A stretch of 64,000 bases of DNA from Guillardia theta CCMP2712. Taxonomy: Eukaryota > Protista > Cryptophyta. The DNA lies in contig NW_005434635.1 in assembly GCF_000315625.1 (NCBI RefSeq), forward strand, positions 531,617 to 595,616, in the 5' to 3' direction. The notes beneath the pieces are model-generated. The model ran no database searches, was not told the DNA's origin, and worked only from the letters and a program-made list of their open reading frames with translations. The translations under genes and the position numbers were made by a program. Numbering within the stretch: the stretch's first letter is position 1; every line of letters starts with the position of its first letter. This document shows, piece after piece, positions 1 through 12,700 of the stretch.

Positions 1-917
1 CGTGCACAAGTGATCTCCTCCGCCGCCGCCGCCTCCTCCTCCTCCTCCGCCGCCGCCGCCTCCTCCTCCTCACTTCTCCTCCTCCTCCTCCTCACTTGTC
101 CTCATCACGTCTCCTCCTCCTCCTCCTCACGTCTCCTCCTCGTCCTCCTCACGTCTCCTCGTCCTCCTCCTCCTTGTTTCCTCTCCTCTCCTCATCTTCC
201 AACCTCATCCTCCGTCCTCCTCGACCGTGATGCTCACCCTCCTCCTCCTGTCAACTCCGTTGATCTCTCTCCTCTCCTCTGATCCATCAACAGGAAGCTC
301 ACCCCGGGCGTTCCTTTCCTTCACTTCCACGTGAGGATCGAGACGGCCGATCATCAGACGTGGAGCAAGGGCGTCGACCATGCGGGGCAGAAGTTTCCTT
401 GGCCGGTCCGCTGCCCTTCCCAGCTGCCTTCCAGCTGACCTGCTTCAGGTGGCGGAGGGTACGGATGAAGTGACCACGCGGCTATTGCACGCACTGCACG
501 ATGCGTACGAAGCGGTGAGAGGAGGGAGGCAGTGGAAGAGGGAGGGAGGGAAGGGAATGAGGGAAGGGGAGGGAGCAGGGGAGGAGGGGGAGCAGGGGGA
601 GGAGGAAGGGGAATGAGGGGGGGGGGAAGGGGAAGGGAAGGAGGGGTTGACAGGAGGAGACATGTTATGACATTCGGGCGCAACAGCTTGGGGAGACGAA
701 GAGGATGAAGGAGAACAAGTGGGACAACTACTTCAGCGAGTGGGCGAATCCTTCCAACGAGGTCGAACGAAGGCGTCTCCTCTCCCTCCACTCCGTCTCC
801 TCCTCCCTTCCCTCCAACTTCACTATTCTTTGAGTGTTCGTGCCCAAGGTGTAAACTTGATGTGCATTTATTCCCTCCTCCACCAGCTGCACTAGTTAGC
901 TGAGGAGCAGCTCGGGT

Positions 918-2149
918 TCAGCCGGAGCTGCCGATCTTGAAGCGACCTGACTTATCCTCGATCGGCTCCCCTTCCGCATTCAGCGCGAGAGGAGCGATCC
1001 TCAGGTTGATAGTCTTGTCCTGCTTCCCCATGCCCTCCACTCTTCCTCCTCTCTTCCCGTCCTTCTCCTCCACCTCGGATGAAGCAGCTTGAGAGAAGAT
1101 TTCGCCCTGTAGGAGCATCAGGGGCATGCCGCTCCCTCCCACCCTCCTCCTCCTCCTCCTCCTCCTCCTCCTACCGTCACAAAAGCGTTTGCATGCTCAA
1201 GGTCCATAATGTCCTCGTACAAGACTGTTTCAGCTGAGGCCTGCGGGTCCCATCAGCTCTTCCTCCTCCTCCTCCTCCTCCTCACCAGCTGGTATTGCTC
1301 CGGTGACGTCTGCCCCTTCCCCTTGGCGAAGATTCCGTTCCTATCCTGCTCGCTCACCGTCATCTCCATCACCTCCTAGCAGCGGGTGGGGACCAGGACG
1401 GAGACGGTGCCGTTCAAGTAGTGGATCCTCCACCTGACGTGCTTGAGCCACATGCTTTCCTCCTGCCCGTTGTTGATCTGAACATCCAGGCAGAAGCGAA
1501 ACATTTTCCTCTTCCCCACGTCCAGGGCCATCTGAACTCAGGCGAGTGAGGGAGGGAGAGAGAGGAAACGATCGGGGTTACTTCTTCGAGGAAGTAGCTC
1601 GTCACCCCAACGATGACCTGCGGGAAACTATCATCCCCCTTCTCCTCCATTCTCCTCCTCCACCACCATCCTCCTCTTCCTTACCCCCCGACTCTCTCGT
1701 TCCTTCCTCCCCCCCCCCCCTCCCCTCTTCCTTCCTCCTCAATCCTCCCCTTCCCCCCTCGCAACCTTGTCTGTAATCCACACGCTCGTCAAGGGAACCA
1801 TGTTACCGCCAGCAATCTTTCCGCAGGGCACCTGCAGGCGGGAGAGAAAATGAGGAGAGCACGGGAGGAGAGAAAGACAAGAAGCCCAGGCGGACAACAT
1901 GAAGAATGTTGAGGAGAAAGGAGATAGAGGAAAAGGCAAGGAGGAAACAATGAGCAAATAATGTCATTCAACTACCTTGACAATCTCGTTTTCCTGGGAT
2001 AATGCAAGTCTGCCGACAAATGCATTGAACATGATGGGATTACTCTGGAACAATCGCATCAAACGGAGAAAACATCACCATCACCAACACCAACACCAAC
2101 ACCATATGACAATTATCGTCTTGTCATCGTCGTCGTCGTCGTCGTCGTC

Positions 2150-2208
<59 letters not shown>

Positions 2209-3530
2209 GTTCTTCATTATGCAATCATTACAGGTTCAACGCCAGTCTCATGCCGAATGACTTGAAACCTGAGAAATCGTCACTCTCTGACTTCTTCACT
2301 ACGGAACTTCGTCAGCAGACTCACTGGAACGATCCGTACATCGAGCCTTGTCTTGTCTGTTGGGTCATAAGAGATTTGCCGTCAGTCCACAGCAAACTCC
2401 TTGTCGTCAATTACGAGGATCGGAGTTCGGCTCTCGTACTTGAAAACTTTCCCCGGTGACAACTTGGGTGTCAGACCGCGCGCCCCTATCAAGGGCGTCA
2501 AGTACAAGGAGGAGGAGGAGGAGGAGGAGGAGGAGGAGGAGGAGGAGGAGGAGGAGGAGGAGGAGGAGGAGGAGGAGGAGGAGGAGGAGGAGGAGCTGGT
2601 GGTTGATCTACAGGAGCAGCAAAAAGGAAAATGTTCAGGAGGGACGGGAGCAGGAGCAGGAGGGAGGAGGGAGGCGAGGAGCAGGAGGGAGGAGGGAGGC
2701 GAGGAGCAGGAGGGAGGAGGGAGGCGAGGAGCAGGAGGGAGGAGGGAGGCGAGGAGCAGGAGGGAGGAGGGAGAGAGGAAAGAGGACCTGGCCCTTTGAC
2801 TTCTGTTGTCTTGCCATTCGAATCAACAAACACCCAATGCCTGCAGATCACATCAGCCCAAGCTTCTCCTCTTCACTGCAAGTTCCTCGACAGAAGCTGA
2901 ACCCTCTGGCTTCCCACGTTCTTGAACTCGATGCTGCGAGTCGGGTCAGGAGCAGTGGGAGGGGAGCAGGAGGAGGGACCGATAGATCCACCAGTGCTCG
3001 TCGTCGAAGAAACCATGATAGAAGCTCTCTGCAAAGATTCGGATGCCGTTGGTTGTGACGGAGCTGTACGCCTACGAGCGAGTGAGAGGAGCGAGGAAGA
3101 CGCGGCAGGCTCACTGGAATCTCGTCCTCGCACTTGAGCACCTTCTCCTCCATCCCGTCGAACTCGCTCGCCTGTCTCACTTCGTCCGGCTGTGTCTGCC
3201 TGCTCCGGTCCGAGACAACCACCACCGACGCTGAGGCTGAGCAAGGTAGATGAGCAGCAGTAAGCAGGAAGAGGTAAGTCAATTGAGCAGGAGGAGGCAG
3301 GAAGAGGTAGACCAACTGAGCAGCAGCAGGCAGGCACAGCGGTCTTACAAGGAACCATCATACGCATCAACAGCCTCCTGCAGAGCCCCAGCACGTCGCT
3401 CCCCTTGTCCGTTGACCTTGCCATGCGTCAAACCTTCGTCTCCCTTCCCCTTCCCTCACTTCATGATGTGGGTCGTCACAGCAAATAACGCGACCAGAAC
3501 CGCCAGCTGCAGTGCGTCCTTCATCGCCAT
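918..3530 (-). CDS. Multi-exon protein with two ApaG (DUF525)-like domains and a probable N-terminal signal peptide
   Basis: Spliced minus-strand reading gives SSVTTNGIRIFAESFY..HWWIYR/IEFKNVGSQRVQLLSRNL, LTPKLSPGKVFKYESRTP and QGSMYGSFQ. A second unit reads VIVGVTSYFLEE..FRFCLDVQINNG..VRWRIHYLNG..INLRIAPLAL. Hydrophobic N-terminus MAMKDALQLAVLVALFAV. Boundaries approximate. Confidence 0.6.
2124..2208. repeat. (TCG)n/(TCA)n microsatellite (probably intronic)
   Basis: Directly visible trinucleotide run. Confidence 0.95.
2507..2595. repeat. (GAG)n microsatellite (probably intronic)
   Basis: About 29 perfect GAG units. Confidence 0.95.
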
Positions 3531-3807
3531 GCTGCTCCTCTCAGTCCGGTCCTCGCACGGACAAGCCTCCTCGTCGTTTTTCTTGGTCGACGTCTCTTCC
3601 TGCTCGTTCCGGGTCGCCAGGGATCTTCTTGCCGCGTGGGTCTCGCTGGTTCGTTTCCTGCGCTTCTTCCTCTTCCTCAACTTCTCCTCCCTAGTCGCTC
3701 GACCTCTAACACTTCTCGTGCTCTTTCAAGTGCTGCATCCCTGGCCTCCCCTTCTAAATCCCTCATCTCATCGCGTCCTCGTTCCCTGCTCGTGTCATCC
3801 CGTCTCG

Positions 3808-3873
3808 TCTCCTCTCCTCTCCTCTCCTCTCCTCTCCTCTCCTCTCCTCTCCTCTCCTCTCCTCTCTTCTCCT
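3808..3873. repeat. (CTCCT)n pentanucleotide repeat
   Basis: Directly visible. Confidence 0.9.
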
Positions 3874-4066
3874 CACCTTCTCACGCTCCTCTACTCTCCT
3901 CGCTCCTCGCTCCTCGGTCACCTCGTATTTCAGCTCCCCCCTGCCATGCTTGTATCTGGCATTTTTCCTGCCTCGATTCGGGGTAAGAGTCTTGTCCTAA
4001 TTACACGCCTTCTGCCCCCCTGAGCTGTTACCCAGCGCAATGTCCGATGCCGACGACCTGCAGCGA

Positions 4067-4166
4067 NNNNNNNNNNNNNNNNNNNNNNNNNNNNNNNNNN
4101 NNNNNNNNNNNNNNNNNNNNNNNNNNNNNNNNNNNNNNNNNNNNNNNNNNNNNNNNNNNNNNNNNN
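4067..4166. other. Assembly gap (100 N)
   Basis: N run. Confidence 1.
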
Positions 4167-4430
4167 TTCAGTAGCTTTGATCCCATTCTTCATCGCTTGT
4201 AATCATCGGGTATTCCCTCCTCTATTGATATCATAACAATAATAAGCCGCCTCCACTCGATGTCAGAATTTCTTTCACTTCCTAGGGCCCCCCCCCGATT
4301 GAACTAGTACTAGCTCTCAATCTGCCTCAGCCCCGTCGGAACGCTACGAGGCCGGAAGACCACCCCCGCAGGGACCACGAGATAAGAAGATGGAGGAGGA
4401 GGAGGAGGAGGAGGAGGAGGAGGTGGAGAT

Positions 4431-5372
4431 GTGATGAAGGCGAGGCTCAGTGACAACGTCTTCGTCCTCGCGGTGATCAAAGAGGGTTATCCTCAAGGAG
4501 GAGGGCAGTACGTTCATGGGTCCACGAACTACGAGGGAGAACTGGTGCGAGGGAGAATGCATGGGAAGGGAGTGCTGACGATGGAGGGGATGAAGCAAGA
4601 TGGTCACTTCGCTGAAGGAAACTTTGAGGAGGGAACTTGTGCCATGCAGCAGGGCTGGACTTACATCGGAAAGACGTTGGACAGCCGTTGGGATGGGGAA
4701 GGGCTGCAGATGAAGCATCAGGACGGAGAGGAGTACGAGGGAGATGTAAAGGGAGGAGCCTTCCATGGTGTTGGGCTGTTGACTTGCGGAGACGGGAGGA
4801 AGTTCAGAGGCGTGTTTGACAGGGGGTCCAAGAGTGGACCAGGGCGAATGGTCCTTGCAACGGGGGAGAACGTGCAGGCGAACTTCGACAAGGAGAGGAT
4901 GACGGGGGATCGCACCATCAGCTTTCTCAACGGAAGCACCATGAGGTTCTCGGAGAGCTACCAGGACGACAAGTCGGACGTGCTTTACGCCTTCGCCAAC
5001 GGGCTGGTCGTGCAAGGGTTTTCAGAGTCTGGCCGCCTCAATGGTACCTGCAGCGTGAACAGGGAGAGCGAAGCGACAGGACCCGAGCTCCCGTCCTTCG
5101 AGTTCCGCGGGGAGATGAAGGCTGGAGCTGTGCACGGGCCGGGCATGCTGAGCTTCGGGAAGCTGAGGTATGAGGGGAAGTGGGCTGGAGGGACCGCGCA
5201 TGGTGAGGGAACCTTGTTCGAGGTGGGGGCTCACAGCAAGACGGCGATCCCTCTGCGAGTGACCTCGTACACGTTCGGAGCGCGAAATGATGCTCATGTG
5301 CCGCCCGCTGACCCTCATGGCGGTGATGCGAGTGAGGATGAAATGATCCCCTTTGAGGACCGAACGTCATAG
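4431..5372 (+). CDS. MORN-repeat protein
   Basis: [50 protein letters not shown] and [16 protein letters not shown] match the MORN consensus; true start uncertain. Confidence 0.85.
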   Translation: MMKARLSDNVFVLAVIKEGYPQGGGQYVHGSTNYEGELVRGRMHGKGVLTMEGMKQDGHFAEGNFEEGTCAMQQGWTYIGKTLDSRWDGEGLQMKHQDGEEYEGDVKGGAFHGVGLLTCGDGRKFRGVFDRGSKSGPGRMVLATGENVQANFDKERMTGDRTISFLNGSTMRFSESYQDDKSDVLYAFANGLVVQGFSESGRLNGTCSVNRESEATGPELPSFEFRGEMKAGAVHGPGMLSFGKLRYEGKWAGGTAHGEGTLFEVGAHSKTAIPLRVTSYTFGARNDAHVPPADPHGGDASEDEMIPFEDRTS

Positions 5373-5474
5373 TGTAAAATACAACATTATCATTACAAGC
5401 TCTCGCTACACACATTATCATTACAAGCTCCCGCTCACACAAGTTGATTCGACTTCTTCAGTGAGCACCTGGCT

Positions 5475-7779
5475 TCAGTGGTCGTCGAACCTGCTCTTCA
5501 AGATGTCCATGAATGACAAGTTTTCTTTCTCGCGGGTAAAGGAGTTGTCCCGCGACTTGCGGCGGGTCGGGATCGAAGAATCTCTCACGAGCTTTCGGTG
5601 CTTCACTGCTTCTTCAGGGATCAGATCGGACGAGGAGGATTCTTCCAAGCTGCAAAACTCTCACGAAGAGAAGGAGCGAGAGGGCCAACAAGCAAGAGCG
5701 AGCGAGGAAAGAGGGAGGGATGGAAGGAGGGAGGGAGGGAGGGAGGGATGGATGGATGGATGGATGGATGGATGGATGGATGGATGGATGGAGGGAGGGA
5801 GGGAGGGAGGGAGGGAGGGAGGGAGGGCACTGGAATTACCTCGAGGACAACAGACTGTCAATGGTCTGTAGAGCTTCCGACGGAGATCGTTTGACAGTGC
5901 TGACATACTGATTGGCCCGTTGCTGCAATGAGTCATAAGTCAAATAATCCCTTGCAGTCTGTTCAGATGAATGCAGATCAGCAGGTTGCTTGTTCACATT
6001 GTCTTTGGAAGGCTTCAGGTTGTTTTCAGCCCATTCTTCTATTCTGCTTTTCTTGGTTTTCTTCTCATTGTTCCTGAAACTTTTGTTCTCCTCACTCGCC
6101 ATCGTTCTCATCTGGTGCTGTGGCCTCATCATTTGCGGTTCAAGCAAGTGATCCTTTGGCCGAGGGACCTCCATGGACTTGCGCTTCTTGGTGCTCCTCT
6201 TCTCCTCATCGTTCTTGACGCCTGTCCGATTGCCTCCATCACCTCCTGATATTCTTGCGCCGTGTGCGTCAGCCCCAGCACCTTTCTCGTCCACCCTCCG
6301 ATCTGCCTTCGGCTCTGTCGTGCAAGTCGGAGATTGTATGGATACATGTCGTGTCATGGTTGCCAGCTCAAGGAATTTTTGATCCTGCTCCATGTCAATG
6401 GGCTCGAACTCGTCTTCGTCAAAACCAGACGCTGTGATACTCAATCGCTTTCTGTTCTGCTTCTCCTCGCTGATGAAGGTCTTGAGGACTGGCTCTATGG
6501 CTTCTTGCTGTTTGTTCTGGAGGACTCGCTCTGTGGCTTCTTGCTGTTTGTTCTTGATAGTTATCGATCCCTCGAGCAAGCGAGCAAGCAGACAATTCTG
6601 TAGCTTGCCGATGCTGATACAGTTAGAAAGCTCATTCGTGGGAGCTTCCAGCCTCTGGGTGCCTCCAACTGAACTATCTGCATCCTTCTTCTCTTTGCTC
6701 GCTGCGGCATTCTGTGACTTCACCTCAATCGAAAAAGTTTTGCGAGAGGATGAGCTTGCTTTGGCTGGTGGGAGGCGATCTCTGCAGACGCGGACGAGGA
6801 GAGGGATTGTGCTTCTGTGCTTGCTCAGGACTGAGAGGTGCACTAACGTCCCTGTCGGCCCGCGCAACTTTGCTAGAACCGCATCCAAGGACAGGCTGTC
6901 CGTCAGCTCCCCGTCCACCGCAAGAATCACGTCGCCTGGTCGTAGAGTCTTCTGGGCTGGCCCTCCATGCGCGACTTCAACCACTACCGTGGCTCCTCGC
7001 ACTCGCTGCAGACGCACTCCTATCCCCGCCTCGTGTCGCATTGCCTTTCTCTCCTCCTTGCTGGACCCTGACGGCCTTTTGTGCCGCTGCGCTTGCTTGG
7101 GCTTGGGAGGAGGGGGAGTTCCAGCATCTGCATGCTGGATTGTCGTTTCTGCCGGTTCCGACATGGTCTGCGGGGCCTTGTCGACATTTGGTTTCCAGTT
7201 CAGCTCGACTTCCTGTGAGGGGAAGGCTTGAGCTGCAGATTGTGACTGACGTTGCTGAGGTAATTCGCGTCGCTCTTTGTGAACGTCAGAAGCATCCACT
7301 TGCTCATTCTCCTTCTCTTCAAATGATTTCTCAGTGTCAGTCTCAGCTTCTTGCTCGTTCTTGTCTTCATGTGAAGCTTGTCCATTCCCTCTCTCATTTT
7401 GATTGTGCACCTGCTGAGAACATTCTGACTGATCACAAGGAATCTTCTCGTCAGCTTTATCTGAACCTGTCTTGCTGCTTTCTTCAAGAGAAGTAGACAG
7501 TCCAGATGAAACCGAATCGATCAATGTCTGAATGAAGTTCTGTCCTCCATTGCTGTGATCTAGTGTGCTAGTTTCATACAGAGCTTCTGTCTTCCGTCTT
7601 TCTTGCTGCTTCTTCACAAATTCTTCCCAGAAAGCAATTCCTTGTTCCACCATGAGATTGTGGGTGGAAGAGAAGATTAGGCCAGCAACAGGGGAGTGCA
7701 TCTCCTGATAAGGCTTGTTCTCAACAACACAAGACGAGAATGAAGTCTCCTGACTCGGCTCGGCTTCTATACTGGACAT
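5475..7779 (-). CDS. PDZ-domain protein, largely low-complexity; last intron contains (GGAT)n/(GGGA)n
   Basis: [50 protein letters not shown] is a PDZ domain; large exon 5836-7779 plus a probable terminal exon ending at 5475. Confidence 0.75.
5714..5827. repeat. (GGGA)n/(GGAT)n tetranucleotide repeats
   Basis: Directly visible. Confidence 0.9.
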
Positions 7780-8464
7780 CTTAACTTCAACGACAAGAGC
7801 GTGGAGGACTGTCCTATCTGCTAACAACAAACAGTCAGTCAGTCAAGGAATGTTTCTTGTGCCCTCTCGTTGTATGTCTCATGTCTGTCTTCCTCAATCC
7901 ATCCTTCCTCCTCTTGCTTCTTCCTTCCTCAGCTATCGTACTACGGTCGCTCGCTCTCCTTGTCTCCTTCAAGTGACTCAGTCCTTGCCTCGCCCGGCTC
8001 CGCCATACCAATAAAAGCTCAACGGTAGAAACTTGTCGGGGAATCTTTACTCAAAGTCGGGGAAGTTGTACTCAAACTCAGAAGTAAACATTTGGATCCG
8101 GATCGGACTCGGACTCCGGGACTCGGCCCGCCCGGTGTCCGGAGGACCGGGCGGGCCGGGTCCGATCCGAGTCACTGAGTGGCAGCGTGCCGCTGTGCAT
8201 CACGACTGAGTTGTCCTCAGTCTATTCAAAGTTTCGGCTCACAATTCAAATTTGAAGATAGACTATCGAAATTATGGAACAAATCCCTGAACGTGCAGGG
8301 CAAGTGGGGTGACAGACGTGATGCGGACGGGAGAGCAAGGGAGGAGGAAACAAACTGAACCTGAAGCTTCATCCTTGTTCATGGCCGTTGAATGATTCCA
8401 TAAGTTGCTTCCACGAAAGATAACAGAAGGCTACGGCGGAATACGGGGAGGAGACGAAGATCCC

Positions 8465-9199
8465 ATGGAGGACCACGAACTTCAGGTCGTGGAAGTTGGT
8501 TCTGGAGCGGCAATGGATGCTCAAGAAGCACTAGACATCACGTTTCACAAGAAGAAGATGCACATCTCGCTTCTTCTCACAGAGAATGGACTGGCACCCT
8601 TGTTTGATGGAGCAGCCTGGGCAGGAACTAGATTGTGGGAAGCCGCCATCGCGGCGATTAAATTCATGTCATCCAAATATGCACAACAATTGGGCAGTGG
8701 GGCGAAGTTGTTGGAGCTGGGATGCGGTACTGGGGTGCCTGGCATGTGCTGCAGGATTCTGGGAGGAGAAGTACTGCTCACCGAACAACCTCAGCTGATA
8801 CCTCTTTTGGATGAAAACCTGCAGAGGAACTTCTCGGGTGATGCTCATATCCGCGCAGAACCATTCTCTTGGGGAGAAGAGTGCGCGAAAAGTATTCGGG
8901 CAGAGCATGGAAGCTTTCGTTTTGTCTTGGCGTGCGACTGCATCTTTGCGCCATTGTACGGAGATTCTTGGAGGTTGCTGGCCGATTCGCTTCATGTTCT
9001 CCTCCAAGCAGAGGAAGCGAGGCCTGAGGGAGGGCTGGAGCCTCCGATAGGAATTCTTGCGATGCAGCGACGAAATGGCGACCAGGTTGACACGTTCTTC
9101 GAGTACTTGAGGAGCCTCAACGACCAATGGGTTGTGAATCTTGTGTATGAGAACAAGCCCATCGAAATCTACGAAGTTTTTCTGGCGAGCAACGACTAG
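8465..9199 (+). CDS. METTL21-like (Methyltransf_16) seven-beta-strand protein-lysine methyltransferase
   Basis: WAGTRLWEAA, LLELGCGTGVPG (motif I), VLLTE, FSWGE, ACDCIF (DxxY-like). Confidence 0.9.
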   Translation: MEDHELQVVEVGSGAAMDAQEALDITFHKKKMHISLLLTENGLAPLFDGAAWAGTRLWEAAIAAIKFMSSKYAQQLGSGAKLLELGCGTGVPGMCCRILGGEVLLTEQPQLIPLLDENLQRNFSGDAHIRAEPFSWGEECAKSIRAEHGSFRFVLACDCIFAPLYGDSWRLLADSLHVLLQAEEARPEGGLEPPIGILAMQRRNGDQVDTFFEYLRSLNDQWVVNLVYENKPIEIYEVFLASND

Positions 9200-9420
9200 G
9201 GATCAAGGGTACAAAGTAGCGAGCAAGGAGAGCATGACAAGAGGGTTATTGCTGTAAAAGTAAACTTTGAGTTGCTGTGAGCAGAAGGAACCTGCTTGCA
9301 AGTTCTGCCATTGATCTGATTTCATCGTTCAACAAGCTAGCCTCAGAGCGAGAGAATATGGGAGCACAAAGACAGCAAGACAGCTCCTTCGTGGCCCTGT
9401 GCCTGCTCCCTCCCCTCAAC

Positions 9421-9520
9421 NNNNNNNNNNNNNNNNNNNNNNNNNNNNNNNNNNNNNNNNNNNNNNNNNNNNNNNNNNNNNNNNNNNNNNNNNNNNNNNN
9501 NNNNNNNNNNNNNNNNNNNN
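9421..9520. other. Assembly gap (100 N)
   Basis: N run. Confidence 1.
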
Positions 9521-9622
9521 TCTCTCTCCTCTTCCTTCCTCTCTCTCCTCCACTACCCCCCCCCCCCCCCCCCGTCTCTCTCCCTCCCTCCGGCCCCCTC
9601 TATGTAGATTCGTACAGCATCG

Positions 9623-12600
9623 ATGAGGCATTCACCGCTCGTTGCTTGCTACCTAGCATGGCTCAGCTACTGGTTTTGTCATGCGGAGCCTCTCAGGTTA
9701 GGAGGAGGAATCACTCTTGAGCTTCAGGAGGGCTGCGAAAGCGGCTGGGCTTGTCTTGTGCGGCGAGGACGGCAGGAGGTGAAAGTTGATGTGCTTGCGG
9801 CATATAACGACTGGGTCATGGAGATCGCGATGCCCAAGGAGATCCACATGGTCGGCTTACGGATGAGTGTCGTGGGAGATAAGAAAGGCTTCATGCGGTA
9901 CCGTAGAAACTCTGAGATCCATGCTGCTGCAAGACAGACAGAAGGACGCGAGTCATGGTTCACGTTCGTTCTGCCTGGACCTCCAGCTGATGATTATCGC
10001 CTGACCGTTGAGATCGACATCAGCAGGCAGCACCATGCCATTGAAACTACCTTGTACACTCACTCCATCAGATTCGTTGATCTTGACCACCGCAAACTGA
10101 AAGTCGGAGAAATCTTCGACAGTCTTACCATCATTCCAGATGAGAATGCTACAAGTCACGGCAACGAAATCCAATGTAAACTTCTCAGTGCCGATGAGAA
10201 AGAATTGATTCTCATCTTTTCTCTTCCACAAGCTGAGCAACAAGTAAATCAGCTTTACTCGTTTTCCTCAGACGTTTTCCATGGGCACAAACTTGTTCTG
10301 TCAGTTCAAGTGAGCTCTATTTTGACGTTACAGGACGATTCACATTGCTTTATGAGCTTAAATATAGGCAGACTGACTGGAGGAACTTACAAGCTGAATT
10401 CAAGTTTGAGTCAAGAAAAGTTTCGAGCTTTTGCAAGTAATTCCTTTTCGGTACCGATTGAAAGTTTGCGAGTCGAAGATGATCAGAAGAACGCATTGCT
10501 TGCATCGGATCGAAGACGTTCTGGCAGTACGCACAAACCTCTATCAGGACAAGATGAGAAAATATTTCTCATCAACGCCAATGCGCGAGGCTTGATAGAC
10601 ATCTTCAGAAATCTTGACTCACGAAAGAGTTCTCTCCTTCTACAAAATGAAAGGATACTAGCATTTCATGTTAGCCAAAACATGTCATCAGAACTTTTTG
10701 CATTCCAAGAATTTCATTCTGTTGGCGGTCTTCCGTGGCTCATGCTGAAATTTCAAGTTCATCAAGTATGCAAGAATCGATCCCAGGAGTTGCTGCAAAG
10801 TCTTTGTTCAGCATGTTCTGTTCACTATCGCATGGGTGATGGTGATGTATTGGAGAGATCTGTTCTCGAAAAGAAGCTGGATGTAGTCTCGTCCATTTTC
10901 GACAATGGTACATGTGGGCTGGAGTTGAAGGGTCTAATCGAATCAAACACTCGGTGGTCATTCGGGGTACGTTGTCGACCGTCAAGTGTCATTTCTGTTC
11001 GGCACTTTGAGTGGAAAGTGGTGGATGTGCAAAGTCTGGATATTCACATGCAAGGCTATAAAAGGCATGAAGAGGGCGACAACTTCAAGGAAGAGATGGA
11101 AGGACTGATGCCTGGGAAGTATGCCTTGCGGGTTGACGTCAGAGCTGTCCTTGCGTTGACGCCAGATGAGTCCATTGATCTCAATGTTACCTTGCAAGAT
11201 CAGCTCACGGCCTACAGATCGGACAACTGCGTCAACATACCTCTCACTTCAGATGGCCTGATATTGGGAGAAGAAGTTTGTAAGACGATTCGAACGCAAG
11301 ATTCGACGAGGAATGAATGCGAGAATGTCACGTTTGTCACTTCCGCAACGATCGATAGATTGCCAACTCTCCTGAACCTCCTGGCCCACTGGTCGCGTCC
11401 AGTCTCAGTTGCAATCTATGCGCGTACCCACGAAGAGGAGAGGCAAATCAGCCTATTTGTAAGGAAATATGTGCTCCCCTGGTGCTCCAAGAAGCATCAA
11501 AGCATCTCAATCTGCATGCTCACCGCTTGCATCGATGAGAGTAGACCTCCTTTCATCCTTCCGTTTCCTGTCAACAGACTCCGACGTCTCGCCACCTCCA
11601 TAGCCAAGACGGACCTTGTCATCTACGCCGACATTGACTTGCTCCCATCGGCAGACCTTGGAAGCATCATCATGGAGAAGTTCCTTTCGAGGCAGGTGCA
11701 AGGATGGAAAGACGTGCTGGTGATCCCATCCTTTCGAAGCAGCGACGAGTCATGGCCCTCTCCTGCAAGCATACTAGGGAGTGACAACGACGTCTGGATA
11801 GAAGCCGAACCGATCAAGACTGATTCTTTGCTGGAGAGGTTTCTCAACGAGACCGTTACGATCCCAGGACTGAAGGAGCTTGAGTTGCCAAGAGGCGACT
11901 TGTGGTTTCATTCGTCGGTGTTTCATGCTCCGACAGACTATGCCCGATGGTTCAACGCGAAAAGTCTTTACGAGGTCGACTACGTATTAGGGTACGAGCC
12001 TTACGTTGTGCTCAACCGAAGCGACTGGCACGGACAGCATGGCTGGGGGCTGTGGGACGAAGCCTTTGACACATGGGGATGGGACAAGGCTTCCTTCACG
12101 TTCGAGGTGGCACATCTCGGGTACAGCTTCCTCGTCAGCAATCGCGGGGCCTTGCTTCACGCCTCCTTGTCGCAGTATGACTTCCCTGACCTCCCGCACT
12201 TCTCCTCCACAAGCCGCAGGACGCGAGCGGATGGTTGGGGCCCTCCCGACACTGTAGGTCGACGACGCTTCTTGGAGCTCGTGCAGAGGGAGCAATCTCG
12301 GCGCTTGTCCTGGATGATCAAGTCTTGCCTGGTGTCATCGTTCCTGGTCGACTGCGACAAGTCTGACCTGTCAAACCGCGTCGAAGTTCGTGTGCTCAGC
12401 AAGCACAGGAACGGCAGCCTTGGTTTCATCAAGAGCTGGAGCCTCGCCGGACTCACCCACCATGTTGGGTATCTCTTCCAGCTAGAAATCCTGGAGGCGG
12501 AAGAGGAGCAAGAGTTTTTGATTCAGCGACAGTTTGTGTGGGATGCATGGAGCAGGCAGCAAAAGGTCCTTGAGATCCACGTGGAGGAAGACAGACAGAA

Positions 12601-12700
12601 CGCTACTGCCATCAGAGCTGTCCTCAAAGACCTGCACGCCTCCCAGCTGCTCGGCTATCACTCCATTTTGTACTCGTTCGAACATGTCATGGTTCCCTGA
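9623..12700 (+). CDS. Secreted/membrane glycosyltransferase, GT49 (LARGE glucuronyltransferase-like) domain in the C-terminal half
   Basis: Signal peptide; VTFVTSATIDRL, WSRPVSVAIY, FPVNRLR, YADID (DxD), YEPYVV and WGWDK motifs of the LARGE/B4GAT1 family. Confidence 0.8.
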   Translation: MRHSPLVACYLAWLSYWFCHAEPLRLGGGITLELQEGCESGWACLVRRGRQEVKVDVLAAYNDWVMEIAMPKEIHMVGLRMSVVGDKKGFMRYRRNSEIHAAARQTEGRESWFTFVLPGPPADDYRLTVEIDISRQHHAIETTLYTHSIRFVDLDHRKLKVGEIFDSLTIIPDENATSHGNEIQCKLLSADEKELILIFSLPQAEQQVNQLYSFSSDVFHGHKLVLSVQVSSILTLQDDSHCFMSLNIGRLTGGTYKLNSSLSQEKFRAFASNSFSVPIESLRVEDDQKNALLASDRRRSGSTHKPLSGQDEKIFLINANARGLIDIFRNLDSRKSSLLLQNERILAFHVSQNMSSELFAFQEFHSVGGLPWLMLKFQVHQVCKNRSQELLQSLCSACSVHYRMGDGDVLERSVLEKKLDVVSSIFDNGTCGLELKGLIESNTRWSFGVRCRPSSVISVRHFEWKVVDVQSLDIHMQGYKRHEEGDNFKEEMEGLMPGKYALRVDVRAVLALTPDESIDLNVTLQDQLTAYRSDNCVNIPLTSDGLILGEEVCKTIRTQDSTRNECENVTFVTSATIDRLPTLLNLLAHWSRPVSVAIYARTHEEERQISLFVRKYVLPWCSKKHQSISICMLTACIDESRPPFILPFPVNRLRRLATSIAKTDLVIYADIDLLPSADLGSIIMEKFLSRQVQGWKDVLVIPSFRSSDESWPSPASILGSDNDVWIEAEPIKTDSLLERFLNETVTIPGLKELELPRGDLWFHSSVFHAPTDYARWFNAKSLYEVDYVLGYEPYVVLNRSDWHGQHGWGLWDEAFDTWGWDKASFTFEVAHLGYSFLVSNRGALLHASLSQYDFPDLPHFSSTSRRTRADGWGPPDTVGRRRFLELVQREQSRRLSWMIKSCLVSSFLVDCDKSDLSNRVEVRVLSKHRNGSLGFIKSWSLAGLTHHVGYLFQLEILEAEEEQEFLIQRQFVWDAWSRQQKVLEIHVEEDRQNATAIRAVLKDLHASQLLGYHSILYSFEHVMVP

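Noticed and set aside
240-710. Possible 3' exons of a + strand gene entering the window
   Set aside because: Plausible splice sites, but no recognisable domain; too weak to call
1977-3058. Poly-S, poly-E, poly-R and poly-P ORFs
   Set aside because: Artefacts of microsatellites within probable introns of the minus-strand ApaG gene
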